DNA from: Zygnema circumcarinatum SAG 698-1b
Taxonomy: Eukaryota > Plantae > Zygnematophyceae
Reading direction: 5' to 3'
DNA length: 64,000 nucleotides
Assembly: GCA_037447605.1 (NCBI GenBank)
Contig: CM074816.1
Location: 511,873 to 575,872 of the forward strand
Made by a program: the position numbers and the translations under genes. This document shows, piece by piece, positions 48,791 to 64,000 of the stretch. Under the pieces are notes generated by a model that was not told the DNA's origin, did not search any database, and worked only from the letters and a program-made list of their open reading frames with translations. Every line of letters starts with the position of its first letter. The first letter of the stretch is position 1.

Positions 48791-49252
48791 GTTTCCCAAC
48801 CCACCCATCCTCCCAACCCCAAAAGCGGGTCGCCCTGTGCCCGGCGTGGCCGCCTGCTGAACAACAACGGAACTGCGAACCGGACTGCCCGCATGGTTTG
48901 CGGCTCTGCGCCAAAATATCGGCCGCAAATCCATCCCAATCTCAATCAAATCGTACCGCCGCATTTGCCGTACGTGTACCTGTACTGTTCCTGACCTCGA
49001 ACCGACCCTAAGCCGGACCTGTACCCCAGGCAGAGTTTACGGTGCGGCAGTGGTGTACGAACTGTAGAACTGTGTCACCATGGCTGCTACCGAGCCTGTC
49101 TCGAGCCTATCCGTCCGGCTTGGAAGTACCATACTCTAATAGCTGGCCCCCGCCGCCTCCTGTGACCCTGTCCTTCCCTGAACCTCCCTTGACACGTGCC
49201 GCAAGGGCCGCCATGGCTGCCCTGCTCCGAGGCTGCCGACGGTAGTGGGAAG

Positions 49253-52200
49253 ATGCGTCTGCTTCCGCTCAAGGCCGCCACCGCCGCGCGTTTCTCGATG
49301 GCGGCCATGGCCACGGTGCAGGAGCTGCTTTGTCCTGCTGGAGGTGGAGCACGTCTCAGGCTCGCTGGGCACAGTGACAGGAGCTTTTTGAAGTTGGGAG
49401 AGGTGGCATCGCGGAGCTTGTCAAGGCTTCGAGTCTGCGTTGAGAGAGTACAAGACTGCAGGAATGGCAGTATTGATCGTAAATTTGTCCCTGAATTTCG
49501 TGTTGATGTTTCTGCCGCAACTAGGGTTCTCGATTGCAAGGGAGCGTACTGGCTTGGAAGTGCCAAGAAGGGTCGGTTATTTCACTCCGCTTCGCTTCTT
49601 CGATTGGGAGAAAATGAGGCTGGCTCTTGCTCAGCGTCGTATGGTAGCTCCAGAACTGAAAGTGAAGCAGGTATTTCAAGGGAAGAGAATTTTAACGGAG
49701 TTAGTGGAGGAGAGAACGAAGAAGAAGACGGTGGGAGGTCGTCGATGGCTGAGTATACGACGTCTCAGGAAGGCTCACAAGTTCTAATGAAGGATTTGAG
49801 CACTTCTGCAGACTCCAAGCAATTGAGACAACGGAAAACTGATAAGGAGTTGAACGAAAAAGATGATGCACAGGCAGCGAATGTTGAGAAAAGGAGGCGG
49901 AGGAAGAGTGTGCCGGAGTTTTCTGACCTGCGAACCGTGCCCGGCATCGGATTGAAGACGCTGGAGAAGCTGAAGGCGAAGGGCATTCTCGAGGTGGCTG
50001 GCTTGAAGCAATTATACTTGGAAAAGGCAAGAAGCTCCTTCATGCGTTCATTATATTCTTTTGGTTTTGAACATGAAGTCATTGGCTGCTGTTTCTTGGC
50101 CAGGTTTTGCATATATGATGGAATTTTTAGCCATGATTCATCAAGAGAAAGCCATGTCGCTTTGTTCTTTATGGACTGAAGGCCAGAAAGGACTCATGCT
50201 TGTTTTGCATTAAACTAGACTATTTGAACGAGTTTAGTTGCGGTTCTTCAAATTTCGCTTCAATAAGCATACAGTATCAGGTTTTGTGTTCATGAGTGAG
50301 TGTTGTCAATCGGCGTTTTCCGTCATTGATGGTTGTGATTTTTGTCCCGGAAAATTACCTTTTTTGGTTCCTAAAGTAATGCCTAGTAGCACCCTGGGTC
50401 TTGTGAATCTGCCTCAGGGAGTTGGCATTTGTAGTTCAGTGAGAGTGAGCGCTAAGAAAGTTTCTAAAGCTGATTTTCAGGTAGTGCTGTTAACAGAAGG
50501 GCTCTCTTCTCTTAATATATGGCTATACCGAATATGCCAGCAACGTCTACCCTTTTTCCTGGACAAACATATTCACTGAGAGTTTCGTTCGTCCTAAGTT
50601 GACACTTTTCAAACACCTTATGTTGTCCTGAAGTTGCTTCTCTCCAGTTTTATGATGGCGCTGGCAACAACTAGCAGTGCTGCTCCGTCGCATTCTGTAA
50701 TTTGAACGATTTTACGTCTCTCTTATTTGTCATTTAGGAACTCTAAGGCATTTCCTTGGACTGACTGCTTCTAATTGGTTACGTTCTTCATATTCCGTTG
50801 TGCAGTTTGGAGGAGATGGTAGCTCTGAGGAAATGGCGAAGTACCTTCGTAGTGATGTTGGAGTCATGAAGAACCATGCTGCTGCCATTGCCAACTTTGT
50901 ACGGAAAAAAGTAGAAGAAGAGCTGCAAGCTGCGGAAGCAAATGAAGGAGAAGGACAGACAAGTGCGAAGCAAAAGAAGCGACGTTTGACTTTTTGTGTG
51001 GAAGGAAACATCAGTGTGGGCAAAACAACCTTTTTGCAGAAAATAGCTGATCAGATTGTGGAGCTCAGGGATTTGGTGGAGATTGTGCCAGAGCCAGTTG
51101 GGAAATGGCAAGATATTGGCGAAGGGGGTTACAACATCCTTGATGCCTTCTATACTGACCCACGACGATATGCTTACACATTTCAAAACTACGTATTTGT
51201 AACAAGAATGATGCAGGAAAAAGAGAGCTCTAACGGTTTGAGACCCCTGCGGCTGATGGAGCGGTCTGTTTTCAGTGATAGAATGGTGAGAGCACTGACA
51301 GCCGAGCAGCATCCCCTTGCAAATGGAGTGGCTTTGTCGAGCTTGCAGTCATGAATGGTTTTGGACCCTAAAGCCTAGATTAGGATGCAGCCGGTATAGA
51401 AGCACTAAAAGGATGCACGCCCTTCTCTCACTTGGTCCACGGACGTAGTATCTAGTTATTTGAGTGTGCAGGATTATGAAGTTCACCCCCCTTTTTTTGG
51501 ATTCCTTCGCTATTGTGAAAGTTCTACAATGACAAATAGTCGAAACTTGTTACTTCTGGAGGGCTTTTGTTTTTCGCTATGCACGGATTTGGGAGGCCTG
51601 GGAGAAAGAATATTATAGGTTTTTTTGCCAGTTCAGTTCTGTCTTCTCACTTTCTGAATCACCCCGAGCACTCTCTAATAGAAGTGTCTGACTCATCACT
51701 TGAACTATGCCAACAGGTCTTTGTTCGTGCTGTTCATGAGGCCAAGTGGATGGACAGTATGGAGTTGAGTATTTATGACTCATGGTTTGACCCCATGGTA
51801 TCGACTCTACCTGGGCTTGTTCCTGATGGCTTTATATATCTACGTGCGGAGCCGGGTACTTGCCATAAGCGTCTGCAGACAAGGGCCAGGGGTGAAGAAG
51901 CAGGAGTAAGCCTAGAATATTTGATTGACCTACATGAAAAGCATGAGCAGTGGTTGCTCCCAGCTGAAAGAGCGGGAGGCAGCAGCGGCCTTCTGGGAGT
52001 TAGCCAGTGGAGGGAAAGCGAGCTCGTGAAAAAGCCTGATAGCATCGATGTAGTTTCTCTAAGAGGAGACCATGTACACTCCTCCATTCGAGAGGTGAGT
52101 CCATGTGCAAACTGCAGAGTTGTAATATCCGGAAATAGGGACTCTGATGCATGATTAGCGCATGTACAGTGGACCTGAAAGTTGATATGGTGCTATTCTG

Positions 52201-52830
52201 AACGAGAAGGTAAATGTCCCGCTGGCTCTGAGCCATACAGCTCTGTAGATGCGTTCTTAAACACACGAAAGTCATCCTAAGTGATGAGAGTGATTTTCTG
52301 CAGGTACCGGCATTGGTACTGGATTGCGACAATCACATTGATTTTACGCGGGATTTGAGTGCTCAAGCAGAGTAATTATACTTCTTAACCTTTAAACGAT
52401 TCAGCCAATCTTGTCGTTGAACTGTGCTTGCAATAATAATAGTAATACTGTAATAGATCGATGTGTAAATAGAGATTGACTGGAGAAAGTTTACCTTCTA
52501 TAGCAATTGGAATAATCGTGTTTATTTGTCGAGGGAAACTTAGCTTACTTCCTTAGCAGTTTGTACATGAACCATGAAAGCCCTACCCACAGTCGATATA
52601 AAAACACAGAGACCCCTTCTCATTAATTTCTTGTCTGGCGATAATGCAGGTATGCGCGACAGGTGGCTGATTTCTTCGAATACGTAACTAAGATGAAAGA
52701 AGCTCAAGAGGCTCAAAAAGTTCAAGATAGACGGCTGGTTGTTTCTGGCGGCTCTTCTTTGATAATTCCATCAGGCTCTTTGCTTCGAAAAGACTATAAA
52801 ACTCTTCAGCATTCGAGATCGTTTATATGA
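49253..52830 (+). CDS. Deoxynucleoside kinase (plant dNK/TK2-like) with a transit peptide-like N-terminus and an HhH motif
   Basis: DLRTVPGIGLKTL (HhH), RLTFCVEGNISVGKTTFL (P-loop), YAYTFQNYVFVTR, LMERSVFSDRM, VPDGFIYLRA and YARQVADFF; stop TGA 52828-52830. The first intron has a GC donor at 50027. The start codon choice is uncertain. Confidence 0.92.
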
Positions 52831-53393
52831 AAGCATGAGTATGTGAGTTTACCAACAGCAATTGCTGGCATGCAGTCGAGTAATGCAGACGGAAGTTACT
52901 TTCAGGAAGTTGTTGGGATGGAATCTGCGGTTCCAATTCATAAATGTTGGCAGGTGGCTGGCTTATGGGCTCAAGCAAGCATGCCAACTATTCAGCACTG
53001 CTGTGCATAGTAGAGCAACCACAAAGAAGTGTAGGAGGCAATGATGGCGAAGATGGCTTGATCCAAGAGACCGCGGATATGTGCCTGAAGCTGCTGGTAT
53101 TTAGAGGAATAGGTATAAAGTTACAAATAGGTAGCAGCTGATGAGCATGGTGCCTGTAGAAGCAGGTTTTAGTCAACGGGAAGGGTCCATCTGGTCCCTT
53201 AAAGTGATCGGCATGGATAGGATTTCAGGAGCTGATTCAAGTCAGCATCGGATACCTCGCTTAGTGCTCAAAGGTGGGGTTGTACAGACGACTAGCTTCA
53301 AAAGAGGGCTGGTGAACCGCTTTCATGTGAACAATAATTGGCTCAGGCATGTGCTGGGCCCGGAAGTAGTGAGGGCGCCATGAACCTGCTGAA

Positions 53394-53512
53394 GATCGAC
53401 CACACCGGAGGCTCCTTTTGGTAGTAGTTTTGGTCGACCACACCGGAGGCTCCTTCTTTTAGTGGTTTTGGTCGACCACATTGGAGGCTCCTCTTGCTAT
53501 TAGTTTTGGTCG
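53394..53512. repeat. 38-bp tandem repeat, about 3.3 copies, downstream of the dNK gene
   Basis: TTTTGGTCGACCACACCGGAGGCTCC core; TCGAC at 53396, 53434 and 53472, partial copy at 53510. Confidence 0.85.
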
Positions 53513-55249
53513 GTGAATGCGCAGGGGCTAATGCAGGCTCCGTTTGTGTACATACTTGCCTTTGATAATAATGTCTGCTGCTTATAGCCACTTCGCTCAT
53601 TTTTTATTCGCCTTCTCTGCTAGGGTTTGTAGGTCTGCGGGTTTTCGGGTTTGCATACTCCGCCGTCCTGTATTTGTAGGTTGGCGAGTTTGCAGGTTTG
53701 TGGGTTTGGTTTGCGATCTGTTGTTTTGAACGTTCAAGGCGTCTGCAGTGCGATACATTGAATGTAGCGTGACTGGATCGCCCGGTCGGAGGTAGTGTAA
53801 AGGTTGCATGACGCCAGATCCAACTCGGAAACTGTGAAAGCATTGTTCGATAGCTCAGTGTGGAAGAATTGCGAAGTGACGGCTAATGCCTAATGCTTCG
53901 GAAAGGTGAATTTACACATTCGATGCTTGACGATTTCATGGTGTCTAGAAAACAGTTGACTACAGTAACAAATGACAGGATAGCATGCCATTTACTGGAG
54001 ATGGATGCATCATTATCTCTTCATTATGTGCAGCATTTTCTTGGCAAGACTCGTGTGTGCGCAGTAAGTCGGCGTACATTAGATTGCCATGGGGGTTAGA
54101 TGAGGTATGAATTGTATTGAAGGTGTAAGATGGAGGAATGGCTTGATACTATAGCAAGTGTAGCAGTGGCGGCTCCACGTGCTGCTATCAGAGAGAATAG
54201 AACGGGAGGAAGAATGCGCCCTCGAGTTGTTTTGGGCCAATGACCGGGGACAATGGCGCATTCTCGTTGGCGGAAGAAGGTGAACATCGATGCAGAAATG
54301 TGTTTCGAAACCTCTGTTGTTGTTAGTACAGTGAATTGAACGATAGGAGGCAGACTCAGCTTCTTTCGGAAAACATATCTATTTTACACGGGATAAATGA
54401 ATCTTCTTTTCTGCTGTTGTGACTGTCAAGTGTTTATTGCAAATCCGGTTTGTTTGACGTTCGTGATGATATTGTTTGGTGAACGTTCTTTGAAAACCAT
54501 CATGAAAACATTACTCTGGCTATTCTCCCTCCCCGCACAATTTTCCCAGCCAGCAATCCACACATCATTCTTTCGGTCAACTGCCAAGGTTTGGATATCG
54601 CTCGTTGAAGCAGGAGAACCGCAGACATTCGATAAACGCACACCTTAAGGGTTAGAATGCGACAGTGCTCCTAATGTATGATCCGCACATCTGCCCGCCC
54701 TCGCCTCTCATTGAATCATACGCAGCAGCTTGGAGCAAACAGGGCAGGCCGGTCGACTCCACAACGGAAGCAGCCTAAAAAAATGGCCGCTTGCGAAAAA
54801 TCCCGCCTAAGAACTTTCCCTGTTTCCATGGAAGATACCTGACAAGCTCGGATTCGCTGCAAAGGTTTTCCAGGTGGCTTTCTGGTTGTTTTGTTCTAAC
54901 ATGGGCAGCCCGACGGCGCCGAACCAGCGAGCGCTTGCAGGATAAAAAAGAAAATATGAGAAACTCAAGCTGTGCAGGGGTGCTGGTCGCTGGTCGCTTT
55001 TGGAGGGGAGCTCCAGGAGCAGCCTGAGCCCTTCCCTACAGAGCTGCTTGAAGCTGAATGTTGCAGGAGCTTCTTATGATTCATGTGCATTGAGCGGAGA
55101 ACGGCTGCAATATCCATGGCTATTCTGATCATAACGGGGATTTAAGTTAACTAGTGTCCACAAGGATGGATCTTTGGATTGATGACGATGAAGGCATTGT
55201 CATAACCAGGTATGGTTCGCGTACCCCTACTGAAAGTGGTGATCGCATT

Positions 55250-55850
55250 TGGTTGAAGAGATAGTACTTGCTGCTAAAAGTCACTTCGTAGCGCAGTCTT
55301 CTGCTGCTTTGATTGACGATGAACTGCCAACCTTTGAAAATTGAAGCGACCTGAAGACGATTGGGAAGATGGTGGCTGAAATTAAGAAGGCGCTCTCATA
55401 TGCTGCCGATTCAGGGGCACTTTTCTGAGATGGCAGCGACTCTCAAGCAAGAGTTGAGGAGTACTGAAGACAGTCTGAAGGCATGCATGTAAGCTAGTAT
55501 TGCCGAGGGCAATTCGTTGCTATACATTATGGTGCATTGGCCGGAAATTAAGTCAGAATTCTCCCGCTGGAAGAGTTTATTTTGCGAGGTACTCTGCCTG
55601 CTCACGTCCAATGTTTCCCTCGACCTCTGGACGAGGAAGGTCTTGCATGGGGCTCAGCTAATTGAAACTGCTGGCATTTCCATGTTACAACTTGCAGTTC
55701 AACGGAAGGCTGGGAAAACTGGAGTTAGACATGCAAACAAAGTTCAAACGAAACTTTGAGATGAAAGAGTATCAATACAAGTGCTCTACCAAAGCATGGA
55801 GTCACTTTTGGAAAAATGTGATCCCTGCAGTGAGGAGCGAGCAATCCTTC
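55250..55850 (+). pseudogene. Possible decayed coding remnant, perhaps the C-terminus of a hAT-type transposase
   Basis: Long semi-open frames broken by single stops; W..IKSEFSRWK and NKVQTKL(TGA)DERVSIQVL loosely resemble hAT dimerisation-domain endings. Weak. Confidence 0.25.
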
Positions 55851-56934
55851 CATGCACCAATGACTCCTTTCGTGCATTCCATGATGCCAAATGATGGTTA
55901 TTTTTTCAATTTCCAGCCCATTGAAATTAGCAACAAGGAAGACCTTCTCCACCACCATTGACAACCCGTCCTGCCGATTTCCTAGCTCTGCAAGGGCACT
56001 AAGTACAGGAGGGCCCATCTTCTAAGGGCCTCAGACCCCTCCCAACCCTCTGTCTGTTGCATTTGCACTCAAGCAGGAGGAGAGGTGGAAGGACCGAGGC
56101 CTCCAAACTCTGCCGGACGAGTACCACTCACTGCCCTGCTATGTCTTATAGGACACAGAGAGAGGAAGGAAGAGAGAGAGAGATAGGGGGAGAGAGAGAT
56201 AGGGGGGGAGAGAGAGAGAGAGGGAGAAGAGAGAGGCTACATGAGCATGCGCTCCATACCTTGAAAGTCCACTTCTTCCGTCATTCATTAGTCAGCTGAA
56301 TTGAAATAGCCTCCGCCTTGGTTAGCAGCTCTCCACAGCTTCCCATTCAGGTGGCCCCATATGGAGATGCAGCCTTGAGGATGAAAGAGACAGAGAGAAA
56401 AGGAGGGATCGGCTTCTCAGCCAAAGTTGCGTTCCGATTGGAGTTCTTCTTGACCTCCTCTTTCACGAAATCTGAAGTTACTGTACTTAATTTCAGATAT
56501 TGAAAAGACTGTCTTGCAGCAGCACCTAACCCCTCCTCTATAATAACTCGCCGTTTTTGCTGCGTTTCCTACTGCATATTGCTCAACTAGTCAGAGAAGT
56601 CAACATCACATTGCCAAAGACACCCCCAGGTCGCCTCACTGCACCTGATGATTCTCTCCGGCTGCTGAGTCATGCAAAAAGGATTTCTATGTCCGTACCT
56701 ACTTTCCACAACAGCGCTCAATTTCCATGCTAGAAGCTCTTGGAGTCCCAACAGTTCCATTTGGTGGCAAGTAGTCCTTAAATGACTATGCACTTCCCAA
56801 CGGACTTATGCATTTGATGGGACTCCTAAGAAAGTAACCGCCGGATGGCATTTGTACAGACACAGGAATGCGAAATCTTATCCTGTCCAGCGGAAGGACG
56901 ATCCTGTACATGGCTCCGCATTGAGGCATGTACA

Positions 56935-59057
56935 CTATTGGACGGTGCAGCTGCATGCTTGCCCATTGTCGCTGTCGTCGTCTTCAGACTCCCCAGACTC
57001 ACTGTCAACATCACACGGGAAACAGAAAAGTGTCACTTTCAAATGCAGCATCGTTTGGAAACATGAGCCACTGAGGAGTGTGCTTCTGCCATCTGCTTTC
57101 CCTCACTATTCAGAACATGAGCCAAATCACATCGATGTTCCAACCAAGGACGAGCCAAGGAGGAATCACCCCATACAGTACTCCCAACTAAGGAGCACCT
57201 TTCTAAGTGGTGGTCCCTCTCCAAATGATCAAAGTTAAGAATTGTAACTGCATCCCCTCTAATTGGCCGCCAATAATAACTGCCGTATCATCAGACAAGG
57301 ACTGACGAAATGTCACATATACATCCGTTCTAGTGCGCACAGTTCAGTCTTCTGCAATACTTGCCGATGCAGTTTACAATATCGCATGCGATGCGTGAAG
57401 CACCGCACATGTGAGTCGCACGTACTCACCCCCTAACTTGATGCCTCTGTAAATGGCTCTCTCGCCCATTACTAAATCATTCAATCACATCCACCGTCGG
57501 GAACATTTAAAAGCGGGAGTACTGTATTCTGGATTGTGGAAGGGAACTCCGATGTAGGCAGCTCAGAATCCAACAGCTTATATGGGGAAGTCTAAGAGGC
57601 ACATATGAAGCGGCACTCAAGCATCAGACATTTGAAAAGGCTTTTTGCAGTCATCACAAAGCAAAAAATCAGCTCAAAACTTTCATCGAACCAACAAGCT
57701 TCTCGGACACTCAGAGCTGGAGACGCGTGCTTTGCACTTCTTAGCAATTAAATCTTTTGCATCTTATGACCAGCTGGATAAGCTCGTCCATCCTTGATCA
57801 GAACAAAACTTAGCATGCTGACCTGCAATACTGTTTCAAGGTGGGCGCTCGAAAAAACCTCGTAATTCTGCGGTATGTACTCAATGAACAGTAAAAAAAA
57901 TCTCCCTTATAGACGACCTCATGCATGTCAGCTGCATAATCCCCTCTCTGATGGCGCTGGTTTAACCGGTTAACAACCAATTCACTCTAGAAGGAATGCT
58001 GGCTGAGAGGGCAGGAGAATCTAATACAGCTCACAGAGAGACGACAGAAAAGCTATCACGCATCGCACCGCAAAAGATTGGAAAATGAAAAATTGTGTGA
58101 AAATTTTCCACACACGGACTGAGAGCACAATTAACGCACTCCGGGATGGCAAGCGCAATCCTGCTTGCAGGCAGAAAGTGTGTATTTAAGAGAATATGGC
58201 CCTTTTTTGTTGCTTTGAATTTGGGAAGACGAGCAGGGAATAGCCTAATAGCAGCTTAAGGGGACACGCACAAGTAACTAATCGGTATAGGCCTTCACCC
58301 AAGTCGGGCTGCTTCTCTGTCACTTACTTCCGCCTAATTTCCATCTTTCCTTCAGGATGATATGACGACGGATGATATGACGACGGATGATCTGACGAGT
58401 ATCAGAGAAGGCAATGCTATCTTCCCCCTTACGTCGAGCAGCTAGCCGCCCTACAAACCCTAAAAACATTCATAAGAGAAAAAACTTGGAAGCAAAGGTC
58501 GGCCTGAGAACGTTTTGCAGGATTGAAAGCAGATGGCTTAACAAAAAGAGTGCCGGTGCCCTGAATGCAGGCTCTCACCTTGGTTCAAATTCCTTCACAA
58601 ACGTAAGACTTCCTCCATGTTCATCCGGCCAGCGTACTGTCCTTTTCGCGCGGACTCTCTGCTCCTCCTCTCCCTCCGGCTTCTCTGCTTCAACGCCTCC
58701 CAACACTGGGCCTCCCCCTCTCCCCAAAAGCACAGCTTCCGCTATGCCATTGTGCTCCAAGTCCAGACCGACTTCCAAACCCGGCTCCTTCCCCCCCGGA
58801 TCAATGAAAAATGATGCATCGCCATTTCCAGCGTTGCCAGCATGCCCTGTCGTTATCGAATGGTTTTCAGAATTCGTGTGCGTATGCGATGCAGGGAGAT
58901 GTATGGTCTCTGAAAAACAATTGGATACGCTTGAAGAAATAGGTGCAGACGGGGCATCAACTGAAGTTTTAGGGTTTGCTGGGGTGTGCTGCGGAGGCAG
59001 CGACTCTTGCGGAGCCAGCGGAGCCCCCTTTAAGGGCGAAAGCCCCGGATGTTCCAC
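56935..59057 (-). CDS. Small (181 aa) disordered protein with a conserved VxW-D-x2-G-x2-L-x2-V-EFEPS motif and C-terminal CaaX (At1g22790-like family)
   Basis: Exon 1 59057-58579 ends ...KRTVRWPDEHGGSLTFVKEFEP-AG|gtgag. Exon 2 57001-56935 (gacag|T GAG...) gives SESGESEDDDSDNGQACSCTVQ*. Total 546 nt. Confidence 0.85.
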
Positions 59058-60564
59058 CTTGCCGGCAGCAGGGAGGGAGGCTAAAGCCTAAGGTTTGAAT
59101 GCTCCTTTGCTGGCTACAGCGCTTTGCCTGCCTCTCTCGCCCTCTCCTTCTCTCCCTTCCTCTCTCTCTCTCTCTTTCTCTCTCTCTCGCTCCCCCTCAC
59201 TCTTCCCGACAACCTCCAGCCTCAGCTTGTTTCCTCTTGCGCACCACCGAGCAGAATGTAGAGTAAGAAATCTCTTCACATGTGAGCTCACGTCGAGTCA
59301 ACCGGCATAGATTAGGGTATGGGCGGGGAGAAGATTGGCGAGCCGGGGGGACACCCCCTTCCTGGACCGGGCTTCATACGTGAGATGCGTGCAGAATTCT
59401 TAAACGTCTTGCTGCATGAGTGCTGAAAGGATCTGAGCTCCTACAGCACCACCTCGGGCCCTTTTCCCCCATACGAGCTCTTGCTCGCTCTACGAGCTCC
59501 CAAGCTCTCGAGCTAATCCATATTTGAGAGCAGAAAGGGAATGTTGAAGTAAGCAGCAGCGAGATGCAGTGGATGAGTCGGGGCGAGACCTCACTACTGA
59601 GCGACTAACAGGGCTGTGACAGCGAGAGAGAGAGCGAGAGAGAGAGAGAGAGAGAGCGAGTGAGAGAGGGAGAGGGAGGGAGGGAGGGGAACTTGAACGC
59701 TGTCTTCTATTGCCTTTCTAATAGTCCACGCATCTTCCAATGAGAATTCGCCACGTTTGCAGACTTGTCCATGTGGCGAGCTCTGATTGCATGATGCTAG
59801 AGGAGTGAGCGCGCGGGACTTGGACAGGAAATTTTGCGATCGCAAAAAAAAAAAACAGGGAGCGCCAAATTTAAAAGTTCACCGTCCAAACATGGCATGC
59901 CACGTATGCAAACCTTTGCACGTGGCACTCTGCGATTGGCAGTGATGCCAATTGCGGCCCTCAATTGGTTCCACTGAAGTTACCTCCACCCTTCGAGCCG
60001 GCGGATCCACCTCGACCTGCCAGGTGGCGGCCTCTGGGGAGACGGGCCGGGGGGCCCGCGCCACGTGCCGGGTTCTGCGGGCAGGCTCATTCTGCCGGGT
60101 GGAACAGGCCGAGTGGAATCTCGTCGGCGTGGATCCGAACCATTGATCTGGCGCTTGGTTTACCCATCAGTAGAGCACCTCCCAACAGCGTTTCGCCACG
60201 TGTTTCTTAAATTTCTTTGACTCCTAAACACTGGCATGCTGCCTCTCCATGTTACCGTATGTCCCACCACTGTGAGGCCACTCACTGCCTTTGGCAGTTT
60301 CGCATAGGAAGTGGGCAAGTTCATTCTCTGAACATGTGAGGATGATCATGTTTTATAAAGGGGAAACAAAGAGATACAATTTACTGAAGTTGATGAGAGA
60401 GAAAGGGTGCATTGCCATCCACTTGTCCTCAACTATACAAAATTTAGGTTAAGCGCATGTTTCATTCATTTCAAAGCACTGTCATTGCCTCAGTGCTTCT
60501 TCCTCCTCCTCCTGCTCAAGAGGGTGCTCATCCTTTTGCTCAAAAACCCATCAACGGAGGGTGC

Positions 60565-64000
<3,436 letters not shown>

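Noticed and set aside
53840-53900. ATAGCTCAGTGTGGAAGA looks like a tRNA D-arm
   Set aside because: No T-arm (GTTCGA) at the right spacing and no acceptor stem.
58350-58395. Alternative last exon for the CaaX gene with a 15-bp duplication (SSVVISSVVISS*)
   Set aside because: The exon at 57001-56935 restores the family-typical acidic stretch and CSCxxx end, so it was preferred; the nearer one may be a minor isoform.

Overview
Gene-dense, intron-rich eukaryotic nuclear DNA from a non-seed streptophyte. The gene content and an unedited cox1 copy point to a streptophyte alga or bryophyte-grade plant; this is inference. Twelve spliced protein genes can be read: RWDD1/GIR2 (5' part), an alpha/beta hydrolase, a TrmA/RlmD-family RNA methyltransferase, a cyanobacterial-type SH3b-NlpC/P60 peptidoglycan endopeptidase, a TMEM45/DUF716 protein, RNA Pol III subunit RPC10, WDR6/TRM734, a sodium:solute symporter, a TauE/SafE transporter, a fascin-GH5 glucanase-like protein, a deoxynucleoside kinase and a small CaaX protein. 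A thirteenth, a MutS2 without an Smr domain, runs off the right edge. The left edge holds a mitochondrial insertion not shown in the ORF track: 84 codons of cox1 followed by the GTGCG start of a group II intron at the cox1i511 position, with the frame open to the window edge. The strongest leads are (1) the NlpC/P60 peptidase with an intact Cys-His-His triad and no obvious plastid transit peptide, (2) the cox1/group II intron insertion inside an RWDD1 intron, and (3) the CaaX protein carrying an extended PP1-docking motif like that of animal glycogen-targeting subunits. Further leads are a candidate bacterial-derived hydrolase, a permuted fascin-GH5 with altered catalytic motifs, a 1.6-kb G-quadruplex minisatellite and a 37-bp-period G-box array. 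All family assignments come from recalled motifs; no database search was run.
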